A stretch of DNA of 64,000 nucleotides. Origin: a virus (lineage: Duplodnaviria > Heunggongvirae > Uroviricota > Caudoviricetes). The stretch covers positions 93,946 through 157,945 of the IMG/VR virus record IMGVR_UViG_3300028898_000252; one strand, given 5' to 3'. Under the pieces are notes generated by a model, which worked only from the letters and a program-made list of their open reading frames with translations, made no database searches and was not told the origin of the DNA. Of this stretch, positions 46,427 through 54,859 are shown in pieces. The position numbers and the translations under genes were made by a program. Each line of letters starts with the position of its first letter. Within the stretch, counting starts at the first letter, position 1.

Positions 46427-49081
46427 ATGAATATAACTGATACTTTGTTAAATAAAACACATCAAGATGTCGTTTTCGGCGAAAAAGGTCAAAAGGAATT
46501 GCTTAAAGGAGCAGAGATCCTTTATAAAGCTGTTAAATCTACAATGGGACCATCTGGTCACAATGTTATTATCGACAATGGAATATCTCCACCTTTTATT
46601 ACAAAGGATGGAGTCACCGTAGCTAAAAACATTAATTTAAAAGATGATTTGCAAAACATTGGAGCTGAACTTGTTAAAGAAGTCGCATTAAAAACCAATG
46701 AACTGGCTGGAGATGGTCCTCAACCCCTTTATGCTAAGGTTTTGACACCCAGCGGTTGGAAACCAATGGGAGAATTAAAAATTGGAGATGAAATCTGTGG
46801 AACGAACAACACTATTCAAAAAGTTGTTGGCATTTACCCAAAAGGAAAAAAAGAAATTTATCAAATTAAATTTTCTGATGGCCGAACAGTTGAATGTTGC
46901 GAAGATCATCTTTGGACAATAACTGATTACGCAAACAATAAAAAAACAATTCCAACAAAAATAATGAAAGACGATTTCTATAAACATAATCGTCATAAAT
47001 ACTATGTTCAAACTACTCAAGTCGAATTTATCAATAAAGAAAAACTTAAAATTGATCCATACACTTTAGGAGTATTACTTGGAGATGGTAGTTTATCAGA
47101 AAAATCAGATGTTGAAATTTCTGTGGGTCTAAAAGAAGATTACATCTTAGATCAGTTGGTTTTGCCAGAAAACTGCAAAATACGAAAACGTTATTATACA
47201 GAAAATAAACATTTCATAAAAGCAACTATTACTGGTAGTCAAAGAAAAAATCGGCCAGTTAAAAGTCATAAATCTATAATAAAACTAATTTTAAAAGAAT
47301 TAAATCTACTTGGCAAAAATAGTCATTCTAAATTCATTCCAAAAGAATATTTATATTCCTCAAAAGAAAATAGGCAAAAATTATTAAATGGTTTAATTGA
47401 TACAGATGGGTCGATTAATAAAAAAGGTTTGTTTGAATTTAGCACAGTAAGTGAACAATTATGCAAAGATTTCGTTGAGCTTTGTCGAGGGCTTGGAAAA
47501 ACAGTATATTGTTATAAACTAAACAGAAAAGAAAACAGTGCTTATGGGAAAAGTCCAATTTATAGAGTTAGCGAATTGAAAGGATATAAAGGTGGAATAA
47601 AAATTACAGATATTCGAAAAACAAATCAATATACTGAAATGCAGTGTATAAAGGTAAGCAATCCAGATAATTTGTATATTACAGATGATTATGTCGTTAC
47701 ACACAACACTACAACTGCCACTGTATTAGCATATAATCTTTTTAATAACGGTTATAAACTTTCTTCTGCGGGAAGAGATTCTATTGCACTTAAAAAAGGA
47801 ATCGATTGGGCAACAAATGTTGTCATTAGTCGTTTAAAGGAAATCGCAACTGAAGTTAGAAATGATGAAGATATCATCTCTGTTGGAACAATATCGGCAA
47901 ATGGTGATAGAGAAATCGGAAAATTACTTTGTGAAGCAATAAGAAAAGTTGGAGAAGATGGAATTATTACGGTCGAGAAAGCTAAAAGTGTTAAAACAAC
48001 ACTTAGTGTTATTGATGGTCTTAGTTTAGAAGTTGGGTATGTTTCGCCTTTTTTTGTTACCAATCAAGAAAAACTAACATCGGAACTTGAAAAACCATAT
48101 GTTCTTGTAACGAATAAGAAAATTTCTACAAAAGAACAACTTATTCCAGTTATGAGTATTGCTAATGAAAAATCTAGACCTTTATTGATTATAGCCGATG
48201 AAATCGAACAAGAGCCACTCCATATGTTGCTCACAAATAAAATGCACGGTGCAGTTATTTCTTGTGCTGTTAAAGCTCCTTCTTATGGAGATAACAGAAT
48301 TGACATTCTTCATGATATTTGTTTGGTAACAGGCGCGACTTGCTTTGATGCCGCACAATCAATTCAGCTTGAAAAATTAAAAGAAGAACATTTAGGATCT
48401 TGTGAAAAAATAACCATTTCAAAAACTCAAACAACTTTGTTTGGTCTTGGAGACACAGTTAAAAAAGAACAAGTTGACGAAAGAATAAAAGAACTTAAAC
48501 AAACTTTACTATTACCAGTTGATGGGTTAGACGACTTAAAGCGGAACAATATTAAAAAACGTTTAGCCAAACTTGCAGGTGGTATTGCCATCATCCATGT
48601 TGGCGGTTCAACAGAAGTAGAAATAATTGAGAAAAAAGACAGAGTAGATGATGCTTTGAATGCTACACAGGCAGCAGTTCAAGAAGGAATATTACCAGGA
48701 GGAGGAACAGCACTTTTCTATTGCGCGGAATTTCTAAATTCAGAGATTCAAAAAAATGAAACTAAATTAAATGAAGACGAAATTTTTGGTGCAAAAATTG
48801 TATATGAAACTTGCAAAACTCCATTGAAAGTAATCGTCGAGAATACAGGAAAGAACCCAGAAGTTATTATGAATGAATTAGCAAGAGCAACAAACTCTAT
48901 TAATTTCGGTTATAATGCCTTTAGTCACAAATATGAAAACCTAGTTGATAGTGGAGTAATTGATCCAGTTAAAGTTACTAGATATGCACTTGAATTTGCA
49001 AGTTCGGTTGTTGGATTAATGCTAACATGCAACTGTGTTATTTTAACACCAGAAGAAGAAAGAAAAAAGGAAGAAGAATAA
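46427..49081 (+). CDS. groEL: Chaperonin GroEL precursor containing an intein
   Basis: TMGPSG; ITKDGVTVAK; AGDG|TTTATVL; ISANGD; GGSTEVE...KDRVDDALNATQAAVQEGILPGGG; GVIDP.KV; 554 aa after splicing. Confidence 0.95.
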   Translation: MNITDTLLNKTHQDVVFGEKGQKELLKGAEILYKAVKSTMGPSGHNVIIDNGISPPFITKDGVTVAKNINLKDDLQNIGAELVKEVALKTNELAGDGPQPLYAKVLTPSGWKPMGELKIGDEICGTNNTIQKVVGIYPKGKKEIYQIKFSDGRTVECCEDHLWTITDYANNKKTIPTKIMKDDFYKHNRHKYYVQTTQVEFINKEKLKIDPYTLGVLLGDGSLSEKSDVEISVGLKEDYILDQLVLPENCKIRKRYYTENKHFIKATITGSQRKNRPVKSHKSIIKLILKELNLLGKNSHSKFIPKEYLYSSKENRQKLLNGLIDTDGSINKKGLFEFSTVSEQLCKDFVELCRGLGKTVYCYKLNRKENSAYGKSPIYRVSELKGYKGGIKITDIRKTNQYTEMQCIKVSNPDNLYITDDYVVTHNTTTATVLAYNLFNNGYKLSSAGRDSIALKKGIDWATNVVISRLKEIATEVRNDEDIISVGTISANGDREIGKLLCEAIRKVGEDGIITVEKAKSVKTTLSVIDGLSLEVGYVSPFFVTNQEKLTSELEKPYVLVTNKKISTKEQLIPVMSIANEKSRPLLIIADEIEQEPLHMLLTNKMHGAVISCAVKAPSYGDNRIDILHDICLVTGATCFDAAQSIQLEKLKEEHLGSCEKITISKTQTTLFGLGDTVKKEQVDERIKELKQTLLLPVDGLDDLKRNNIKKRLAKLAGGIAIIHVGGSTEVEIIEKKDRVDDALNATQAAVQEGILPGGGTALFYCAEFLNSEIQKNETKLNEDEIFGAKIVYETCKTPLKVIVENTGKNPEVIMNELARATNSINFGYNAFSHKYENLVDSGVIDPVKVTRYALEFASSVVGLMLTCNCVILTPEEERKKEEE
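46718..47707 (+). mobile_element. Class-3-type intein with LAGLIDADG endonuclease, 330 aa
   Basis: Starts PQPLYAKVLTP; block B DHLW; LGVLLGDG and LNGLIDTDG; block F MQCIKV; ends VVTHN|T. Confidence 0.9.
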
Positions 49082-49084
49082 ATA

Positions 49085-49405
49085 ATGGAAAGAGTAATGC
49101 TTGGCAGACGCCAACTAGATAAAATAATACCTGAAAAAATACCAGTATATGATGCTAGAATGGAAAATAATGAAATATTCATTGACCAAGGCGGACACGG
49201 ATTTTTATCTGTTGCGGGTGGAATTGATGCAGGAGAAACAGGAGAGATTACAGGATTACCAATAAAAGTTTACAAATCAACATTAAAAATGATTGATAAA
49301 AGTGAAATTATGGCAGGAAGTGAAACAACGAGCGCTTTTCCAGTATATCTAGACAAATATAAAAGAATTGTTTGGGTGCCTGCCGATTTTGTACATATGA
49401 TCTAA
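49085..49405 (+). CDS. Hypothetical protein
   Basis: 106 aa ORF directly after groEL; no recognisable GroES motifs. Confidence 0.65.
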   Translation: MERVMLGRRQLDKIIPEKIPVYDARMENNEIFIDQGGHGFLSVAGGIDAGETGEITGLPIKVYKSTLKMIDKSEIMAGSETTSAFPVYLDKYKRIVWVPADFVHMI

Positions 49406-49407
49406 AA

Positions 49408-49947
49408 TCAATAGCGTTGTTTTAACAAATAAATGTTTGTTTCATGATTTTCTAAAAATGTACCAATCGTCTGCTCCAAACCAGGAGTTAATAACTTAAC
49501 TGTTTTAAGTTGTTCGAAAACGATTGTGCAAAATGCCATAAAAAATAACTCAGCTTGATAACTTGATTTTACTGTAGTTTTTTCTGATAATTCTGAACTG
49601 AATAATTTTATAAAATTATTTATATGTGTAAGTTGTGGAACAAGACAAACAAAATTTATTGTCGAAAGTCCAATTATTTTTTCTGCGAGTTTATCAATTT
49701 CAGCATCGACAGATTCATATAATCTCATAAACAATAAATGATCACCATAAAACTCTTTTCCTTGCGTTATCCAATGGTTTTGCTGATGAATCAAAGAAAC
49801 TCCGCGAATAACACTTAATAAAACCGCGAGTTCAGCATACTGAGTATTACCATATTTTTTTATTTCTTCACCAAGAAATGTTCTGGCAAAAGATTTATAA
49901 TCTTCTTCTGGTGATCCAAAAACGAATTTTGATATTGCAAACGACAT
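49408..49947 (-). CDS. Dps/ferritin-like protein
   Basis: NHWITQGKEFYGDHLLFMRLYE...IDKLAEKI resembles the Dps ferroxidase motif. Confidence 0.7.
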   Translation of the reverse strand: MSFAISKFVFGSPEEDYKSFARTFLGEEIKKYGNTQYAELAVLLSVIRGVSLIHQQNHWITQGKEFYGDHLLFMRLYESVDAEIDKLAEKIIGLSTINFVCLVPQLTHINNFIKLFSSELSEKTTVKSSYQAELFFMAFCTIVFEQLKTVKLLTPGLEQTIGTFLENHETNIYLLKQRY

Positions 49948-49982
49948 GCCAATAATTATAAAGATAAATAATTATTACCGTT

Positions 49983-50387
49983 ATGAGTTATTCGTATAGT
50001 AAAGCTGGCCCAGGGTTTGTTCCAGAATTTCAAATTTCTGGTTTACCTTTTGTTACATCAAGCAATTCAGCTGCTTCAATTTCTTTTCCCTATCTAACCC
50101 AATGGATTCTGGTAAGGTCTAGCGGTTCGGCTATCACAATGGCATTTACGCCATCTGGATTTTCTACTGGTAACAGTTTTATCCTTCCTGCAAATACAAC
50201 TCTTGGACCTTTAAGATTAAGAGTTACAGATCTTCATTTTAGTGGTTCTGGAATTCAAGTTATGTGCGGATTAACACAAATTGATATAAACAATTGCTAT
50301 GTTTTGGTATCAACAGGCGCTTTAACTTCGCTAACTGGTGGTTTGGCTGTTACAGACACCAATTATTTTGCCTATAGAGGTATTTGA
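49983..50387 (+). CDS. Small beta-rich virion protein, paralog 1 of 3
   Basis: VPEFQISGLPFVTSS...FPYLTQWI...TNYFAYRGI. Confidence 0.75.
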   Translation: MSYSYSKAGPGFVPEFQISGLPFVTSSNSAASISFPYLTQWILVRSSGSAITMAFTPSGFSTGNSFILPANTTLGPLRLRVTDLHFSGSGIQVMCGLTQIDINNCYVLVSTGALTSLTGGLAVTDTNYFAYRGI

Positions 50388-50393
50388 TTAAAA

Positions 50394-50786
50394 ATGAGTG
50401 TATATAAAACTGGTCAATTTAATGTTCCGAATTATCAACTATCTGGCTTACCATATGTTACAAGTTCTGGAATCAACACTATTGAATTTCCATACTTAAC
50501 ACAGTGGATACTTATAAGAACAGCAACGACAACTAGAATTGCTTTTACACAAGGTGCAATAACAACAAACAATGAAATAACTGGTTTAAGTTCTGCTTTT
50601 GTTGAAATGGTGCCACTCCCAGTTCGAATAAAAAAACTTTATATTACGGCTGGTTCTGCAATTGTTATGGCTGGGTTAACTACTATCGAAAATGGTTTTG
50701 ATCTAATCAATACCGCATCATATGCAAGTCTTTCTAGTAGTACAGATTTAGATTCAACAAATATATTCGCCTATCGAGGTATTTAA
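50394..50786 (+). CDS. Small beta-rich virion protein, paralog 2 of 3
   Basis: VPNYQLSGLPYVTSS...FPYLTQWI...TNIFAYRGI. Confidence 0.75.
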   Translation: MSVYKTGQFNVPNYQLSGLPYVTSSGINTIEFPYLTQWILIRTATTTRIAFTQGAITTNNEITGLSSAFVEMVPLPVRIKKLYITAGSAIVMAGLTTIENGFDLINTASYASLSSSTDLDSTNIFAYRGI

Positions 50787-50790
50787 CAAC

Positions 50791-51219
50791 ATGAGTATTT
50801 ATAACGTTTCTGCGGGCTATGGATTTACTCCAAATTATCAACTGTCTGGTTTACCATATGTTACTGGCGTAGGTGTCGTTTCTACAAGATATAAAATAGA
50901 ACTTCCATATGTTTCCCAATGGATTTGTTTTAGATTTACACAAGCGGCAAGAACAGCTTTTATTTCTTTTGACTCATCTGGTTCTCCTACTAATAATATT
51001 ATGAAAATTGAATCAAATTCTTCAAATATGTTTTTTGGTCCATATTATCTGAGAATAAAAGATCTTTATATCGAAAATAGTAATGGCGTTCATGTTATTG
51101 CTGGTCTAACGTCTATTCCAAGAAATGGCGTGCCAAGTTTAGTATCCCCTGTAAACAGTTCAATTACAGGAAGTTTATCTGTTGTCGATACAAATTATTT
51201 TATTTATCCAGGTATTTAA
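50791..51219 (+). CDS. Small beta-rich virion protein, paralog 3 of 3
   Basis: TPNYQLSGLPYVTG...LPYVSQWI...TNYFIYPGI. Confidence 0.75.
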   Translation: MSIYNVSAGYGFTPNYQLSGLPYVTGVGVVSTRYKIELPYVSQWICFRFTQAARTAFISFDSSGSPTNNIMKIESNSSNMFFGPYYLRIKDLYIENSNGVHVIAGLTSIPRNGVPSLVSPVNSSITGSLSVVDTNYFIYPGI

Positions 51220-53312
51220 TCTTTTAAAAGATCTGCTATCGACAAACCAAACATTTTTAACCCAGAAACTGATTGTTTTGTGTTTGGTACATTTTTCTGT
51301 TCTTGATTAAGAATTTCTTTCGATAAAGTTTCTTTATGCAAATTCACATTATTAACATCTGATGATTTAGGTTTTATTGCATTTAAAAATATATCTTGCC
51401 ACGACAAACCATTTGAGTTTTGTTTGTTTTTGCTAAGACCAGTAGGTTCATAAATTAATAAAGCAAAAGATAAGGACATGATCGAATCATCAAATTTTCC
51501 TCTTAGCGCTTGGGTTTTTTTGCCATTCCAAACAAATGTATCTAATTCTCTTGCAAATCTTAAAGAATTAATTTTTAATAGCTTGTTTCTTAAAACGTTT
51601 TCTAATTGAGACAGTAACCTTTCTCTAGATTTTGGAGATGTTGTATGTCCTGGATAAATATTTTCTTTTTCTTCATCTGACATAAGATGAATATTTTCCA
51701 TTATTTTTTCATCATAATAAAGATTTGGGTATTTAATATCTCTTAGTTTAATGGCTGCGGCAATTCCAATTGAATTAAGTTCACAAACAATTTTACCAGT
51801 ATTATACTTATATCCATACTCGGCAACAAGTTCTGCAAACTTGTCTGGTGCCATTTTTCCATAAAATTCTGCAACCTGTTCATCCAAAGTTGTATCAATA
51901 ATATGGCAACAAGAATGATCTTCGCCATCTCCCCTTGCTATATCACAAGATAAAATATATTTATGATTTTCTTCTGGTTGAGCCCATATCCAAAAATCAT
52001 TGTTTTTTGCCTCTTCAGAAATTGGTGAAGTTATATTAGATTTAATCCACTCTATAGTATCTGCATCGAAAAATGTATTTCCAGAACCTTCAAATCCGCA
52101 GCAATATTCTTTATCAATCTTTTTCGCATCCATTGATTTGGTTTCATTTTCAAACCATTTTTCATCTCTATCTGGGTGTACTTGCCACGGTAATTTAACT
52201 GCGTGAAACCCATTAACTCCAACATCTTCACAATGTAAACCAATTCTATCTTTTCTCATTTCTTCAGTATTGGCATTTTTATAAATTTCGTAAAATTCGT
52301 TTTTGCCATTCGGAGAAGAAAATAAAATCGCATCGCCACCTGTTGTAATCGTTGGTCGGGCAGCTTCCCAAATATCTGAAAATTTTTCGATGTGGGCACA
52401 ATTAGAAGAAATGAATCCATTAGTAAAATATTCATTTCCTAGTTCAACATTCAATAAATCATATAATTCAATATCGGAAATAATTTCCTTAATACTTAAA
52501 ACTTCCCCAACATTTAATAATGTATCACCGACTTCCAGAAAATTTGCTTCGACAAATTCGTTTTCTGTAATTTTTACTTTATGTTCATAAGAACATTTCA
52601 ATTCAGCTTTTTCTGTTTTTATTAAAAGGTAAGATTTTTTTTCAGTTTTTTTAATACCAGTAAAATTACTCCATCCACTTGGAGTTAGAACTTTATAATT
52701 TTCATGCTCCATTCTTTGAAATTCTTTCCAAAGATCTTCTATCTTTTTCTCAAAAATAAGATTCAACTCTTCTTTTTTTAAATAAATAACAGAATCTCCA
52801 GACACACATTCATCAATGATTAACAAAGAACAAGCAATACCGCGCACGCTTTCTGGCGTTGTTGGTATCGCCTCAATTTTAGAACCATTTGTAAATTCGA
52901 TATATTTAACAGATTCTTTTTCTGTTTCTGTCAAACCCAACATTGTTTTAATCCACGGAGGAACATCCTTAAACGCGATTCGAATTTTTTGAATCATGTT
53001 TTTGGCAGTTTCAAGTCTTGTGGCCATTAGTCTAATGTCTTTATCCATATGAAACATCGCATACCAAAGACAATAGGCCGACGTAATTGTACTTAAACCA
53101 AGCTGCCTAGATTTAACAACAATATTATATTTAAATTCTAAAAAATCATTTATACAGTCTTCTTGGAATGGATATAATTTTAAAGGAATTCTTCCTTTAA
53201 CTGGGTGTTGGATGTATATATAATTTTTTATAAAATAAATTGGATCTTCTTTGCAGCGCTGTAGTTCTTGAATCTTTATCGAGGCTTGCGCTTTCTGTGT
53301 ATCATTTGCCAT
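51216..53312 (-). CDS. terL: Terminase large subunit with intein
   Basis: LYPFQ; KSRQLGLS; LLIIDE|CAH; LFSSPNG; nuclease SCDIARGDGED...CELN...DDSIMS. Confidence 0.93.
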   Translation of the reverse strand: MANDTQKAQASIKIQELQRCKEDPIYFIKNYIYIQHPVKGRIPLKLYPFQEDCINDFLEFKYNIVVKSRQLGLSTITSAYCLWYAMFHMDKDIRLMATRLETAKNMIQKIRIAFKDVPPWIKTMLGLTETEKESVKYIEFTNGSKIEAIPTTPESVRGIACSLLIIDECVSGDSVIYLKKEELNLIFEKKIEDLWKEFQRMEHENYKVLTPSGWSNFTGIKKTEKKSYLLIKTEKAELKCSYEHKVKITENEFVEANFLEVGDTLLNVGEVLSIKEIISDIELYDLLNVELGNEYFTNGFISSNCAHIEKFSDIWEAARPTITTGGDAILFSSPNGKNEFYEIYKNANTEEMRKDRIGLHCEDVGVNGFHAVKLPWQVHPDRDEKWFENETKSMDAKKIDKEYCCGFEGSGNTFFDADTIEWIKSNITSPISEEAKNNDFWIWAQPEENHKYILSCDIARGDGEDHSCCHIIDTTLDEQVAEFYGKMAPDKFAELVAEYGYKYNTGKIVCELNSIGIAAAIKLRDIKYPNLYYDEKIMENIHLMSDEEKENIYPGHTTSPKSRERLLSQLENVLRNKLLKINSLRFARELDTFVWNGKKTQALRGKFDDSIMSLSFALLIYEPTGLSKNKQNSNGLSWQDIFLNAIKPKSSDVNNVNLHKETLSKEILNQEQKNVPNTKQSVSGLKMFGLSIADLLKD
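52401..52808 (-). mobile_element. Mini-intein (136 aa, no endonuclease) in terL
   Basis: Starts CVSGDS; block B CSYEH; ends YFTNGFISSN|C; inserted directly after Walker B. Confidence 0.88.
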
Positions 53313-53326
53313 TACTTAATTCTCTA

Positions 53327-53956
53327 TTAAAGATAAAAATACTCTGAAAATTTTTCGGCGGACTTTGGGGTAGATGCTATAATAATTCTACCGTGTGGAT
53401 AGACTGTAAGTTTCGCCATTTCAAAATGCTCTTCAAAATTCTCAATAAAATCCGCTTCATCAAAAATAACTGTATCAAAATTAAAGCCGCGGAACGCATC
53501 AACTGCAAGTGCCAAAATTGTTATTGAAGATCCATTGCTTAGGTTCATTTTTCTAGTAGTTGAAACTTCAACTTTCGCTAAATTTTTAACATGCTCTGGC
53601 AACAGATCATACTGCCATTTAAGTTTTTCTAGAAAAAATTTCCCACTTGAAAAACTTGTTCCCATAAATCCTATTGTTTTTCCAGAGTTGAATAATATTT
53701 GATGGAGAGTAAAGGCAACAAGAAAATTAGTCTTGCCAACTTGCCTCATCCCTAAAAGATAATCTCCCTTTTGGTGCTTATTCAGACTTTTATCAAAAAA
53801 CTGTTGATAAAAATTGAAAATAAATGGAATTTTACCTTTAACTGGATGATGTATGTGCAGGCACTCTTTTGCAAAGAGCTCTAAGTCTTCCTCATATTGT
53901 TTAATTTTATCTTGAATTTCTTTTTTTTCTAGGTTTTTAATACATATAATAGACAT
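53327..53956 (-). CDS. Stand-alone terminase ATPase-domain paralog
   Basis: HPVKGKIP (TerL HPVKGRIP); MRQVGKT; RGFNFDTVIFDEA; IIASTP; no nuclease domain. Confidence 0.85.
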   Translation of the reverse strand: MSIICIKNLEKKEIQDKIKQYEEDLELFAKECLHIHHPVKGKIPFIFNFYQQFFDKSLNKHQKGDYLLGMRQVGKTNFLVAFTLHQILFNSGKTIGFMGTSFSSGKFFLEKLKWQYDLLPEHVKNLAKVEVSTTRKMNLSNGSSITILALAVDAFRGFNFDTVIFDEADFIENFEEHFEMAKLTVYPHGRIIIASTPKSAEKFSEYFYL

Positions 53957-53984
53957 CGTAAAACTAACTATAGAATATTATTAG

Positions 53985-54428
53985 TTATTTTACACGAATT
54001 AATGCAAAAACTTTATAAACTGATGTCTTTTGAACACTGTAAACTTGATAAGATAGTGGATCAGACGTTTCTTGAATAGAACTATCTAATATTTCTAAAC
54101 TTATTTTCTTTTTTGCGGGTTCGGAATATTCATTCTTAGATAAAACTTCAGATTTTTCAGCAGTTTCTGAAAGTTTTTCATAATCTTCTTCTATTCTTTT
54201 CATTCTATTTTGAATGTCAGCTAATGCATCTTGTCGCCATTTTCTTTGAAGTTCAAGTTTTACAGATTGATGACCAGCAGAAACAAAAGACTGGTGAACA
54301 ACTTTTAATAGTCCATCATCCATTGCTTCAAATTTAATCCAGTGATTTTTTCTCTCGTCTTGACCTGAATTTTTTGCAAGCGCATTCGCTAATCTTTGAT
54401 ATGTTAGATAATTTTTAACTTGTGCCAT
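53985..54428 (-). CDS. Hypothetical protein
   Basis: 147 aa ORF. Confidence 0.7.
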   Translation of the reverse strand: MAQVKNYLTYQRLANALAKNSGQDERKNHWIKFEAMDDGLLKVVHQSFVSAGHQSVKLELQRKWRQDALADIQNRMKRIEEDYEKLSETAEKSEVLSKNEYSEPAKKKISLEILDSSIQETSDPLSYQVYSVQKTSVYKVFALIRVK

Positions 54429-54452
54429 ATTTTTAATTATTGAAAATTAAAT

Positions 54453-54554
54453 TTAAATCTGTTTTAACAAATTGGAACTTGATTGAATTTTATCGCCCAA
54501 TCCGTCAATTATTTTTATTTCTAGCAATTTACAAATTTGTGACTCGGGAATTTC
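54453..54554 (-). pseudogene. Remnant resembling a cytidylyltransferase-like C-terminus
   Basis: Start-less frame EIPESQICKLLEIKIIDGLGDKIQSSSNLLKQI-stop, hand-translated. Confidence 0.5.
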
Positions 54555-54601
54555 CGAACTGAAAAAACTTTGAACCTTTTAATTTTCTTTGATAATCAGA
54601 A

Positions 54602-54856
54602 TTATACAAAATCAAAAGATATTTTGTGCATTTGTTTTCTTTTGTTAATGTATTTTTTATATATTTCTGAGTTTTTATCAACTTCTATCTTTGCTTTAAC
54701 AAATGTGGTTTCACACAAAAAACAAGCTTTTGACTCTTTGAAAGAAAGAATGTCATCAAAAGTTTTCAAAGTAAACTCACAAACTGGGCAAAAGACAGGA
54801 ATCACTTCGTGATTTTTTGAAACAAATACATAAAATTGTTCTTGATCAGAATTCAT
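54602..54856 (-). CDS. Small zinc-binding protein
   Basis: CPVC...CFLC. Confidence 0.7.
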   Translation of the reverse strand: MNSDQEQFYVFVSKNHEVIPVFCPVCEFTLKTFDDILSFKESKACFLCETTFVKAKIEVDKNSEIYKKYINKRKQMHKISFDFV

Positions 54857-54859
54857 ATA

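Noticed and set aside
49085-49405. GroES next to groEL
   Set aside because: Size fits, but the PLxDRV and mobile-loop GGI motifs are not recognisable in the right context.
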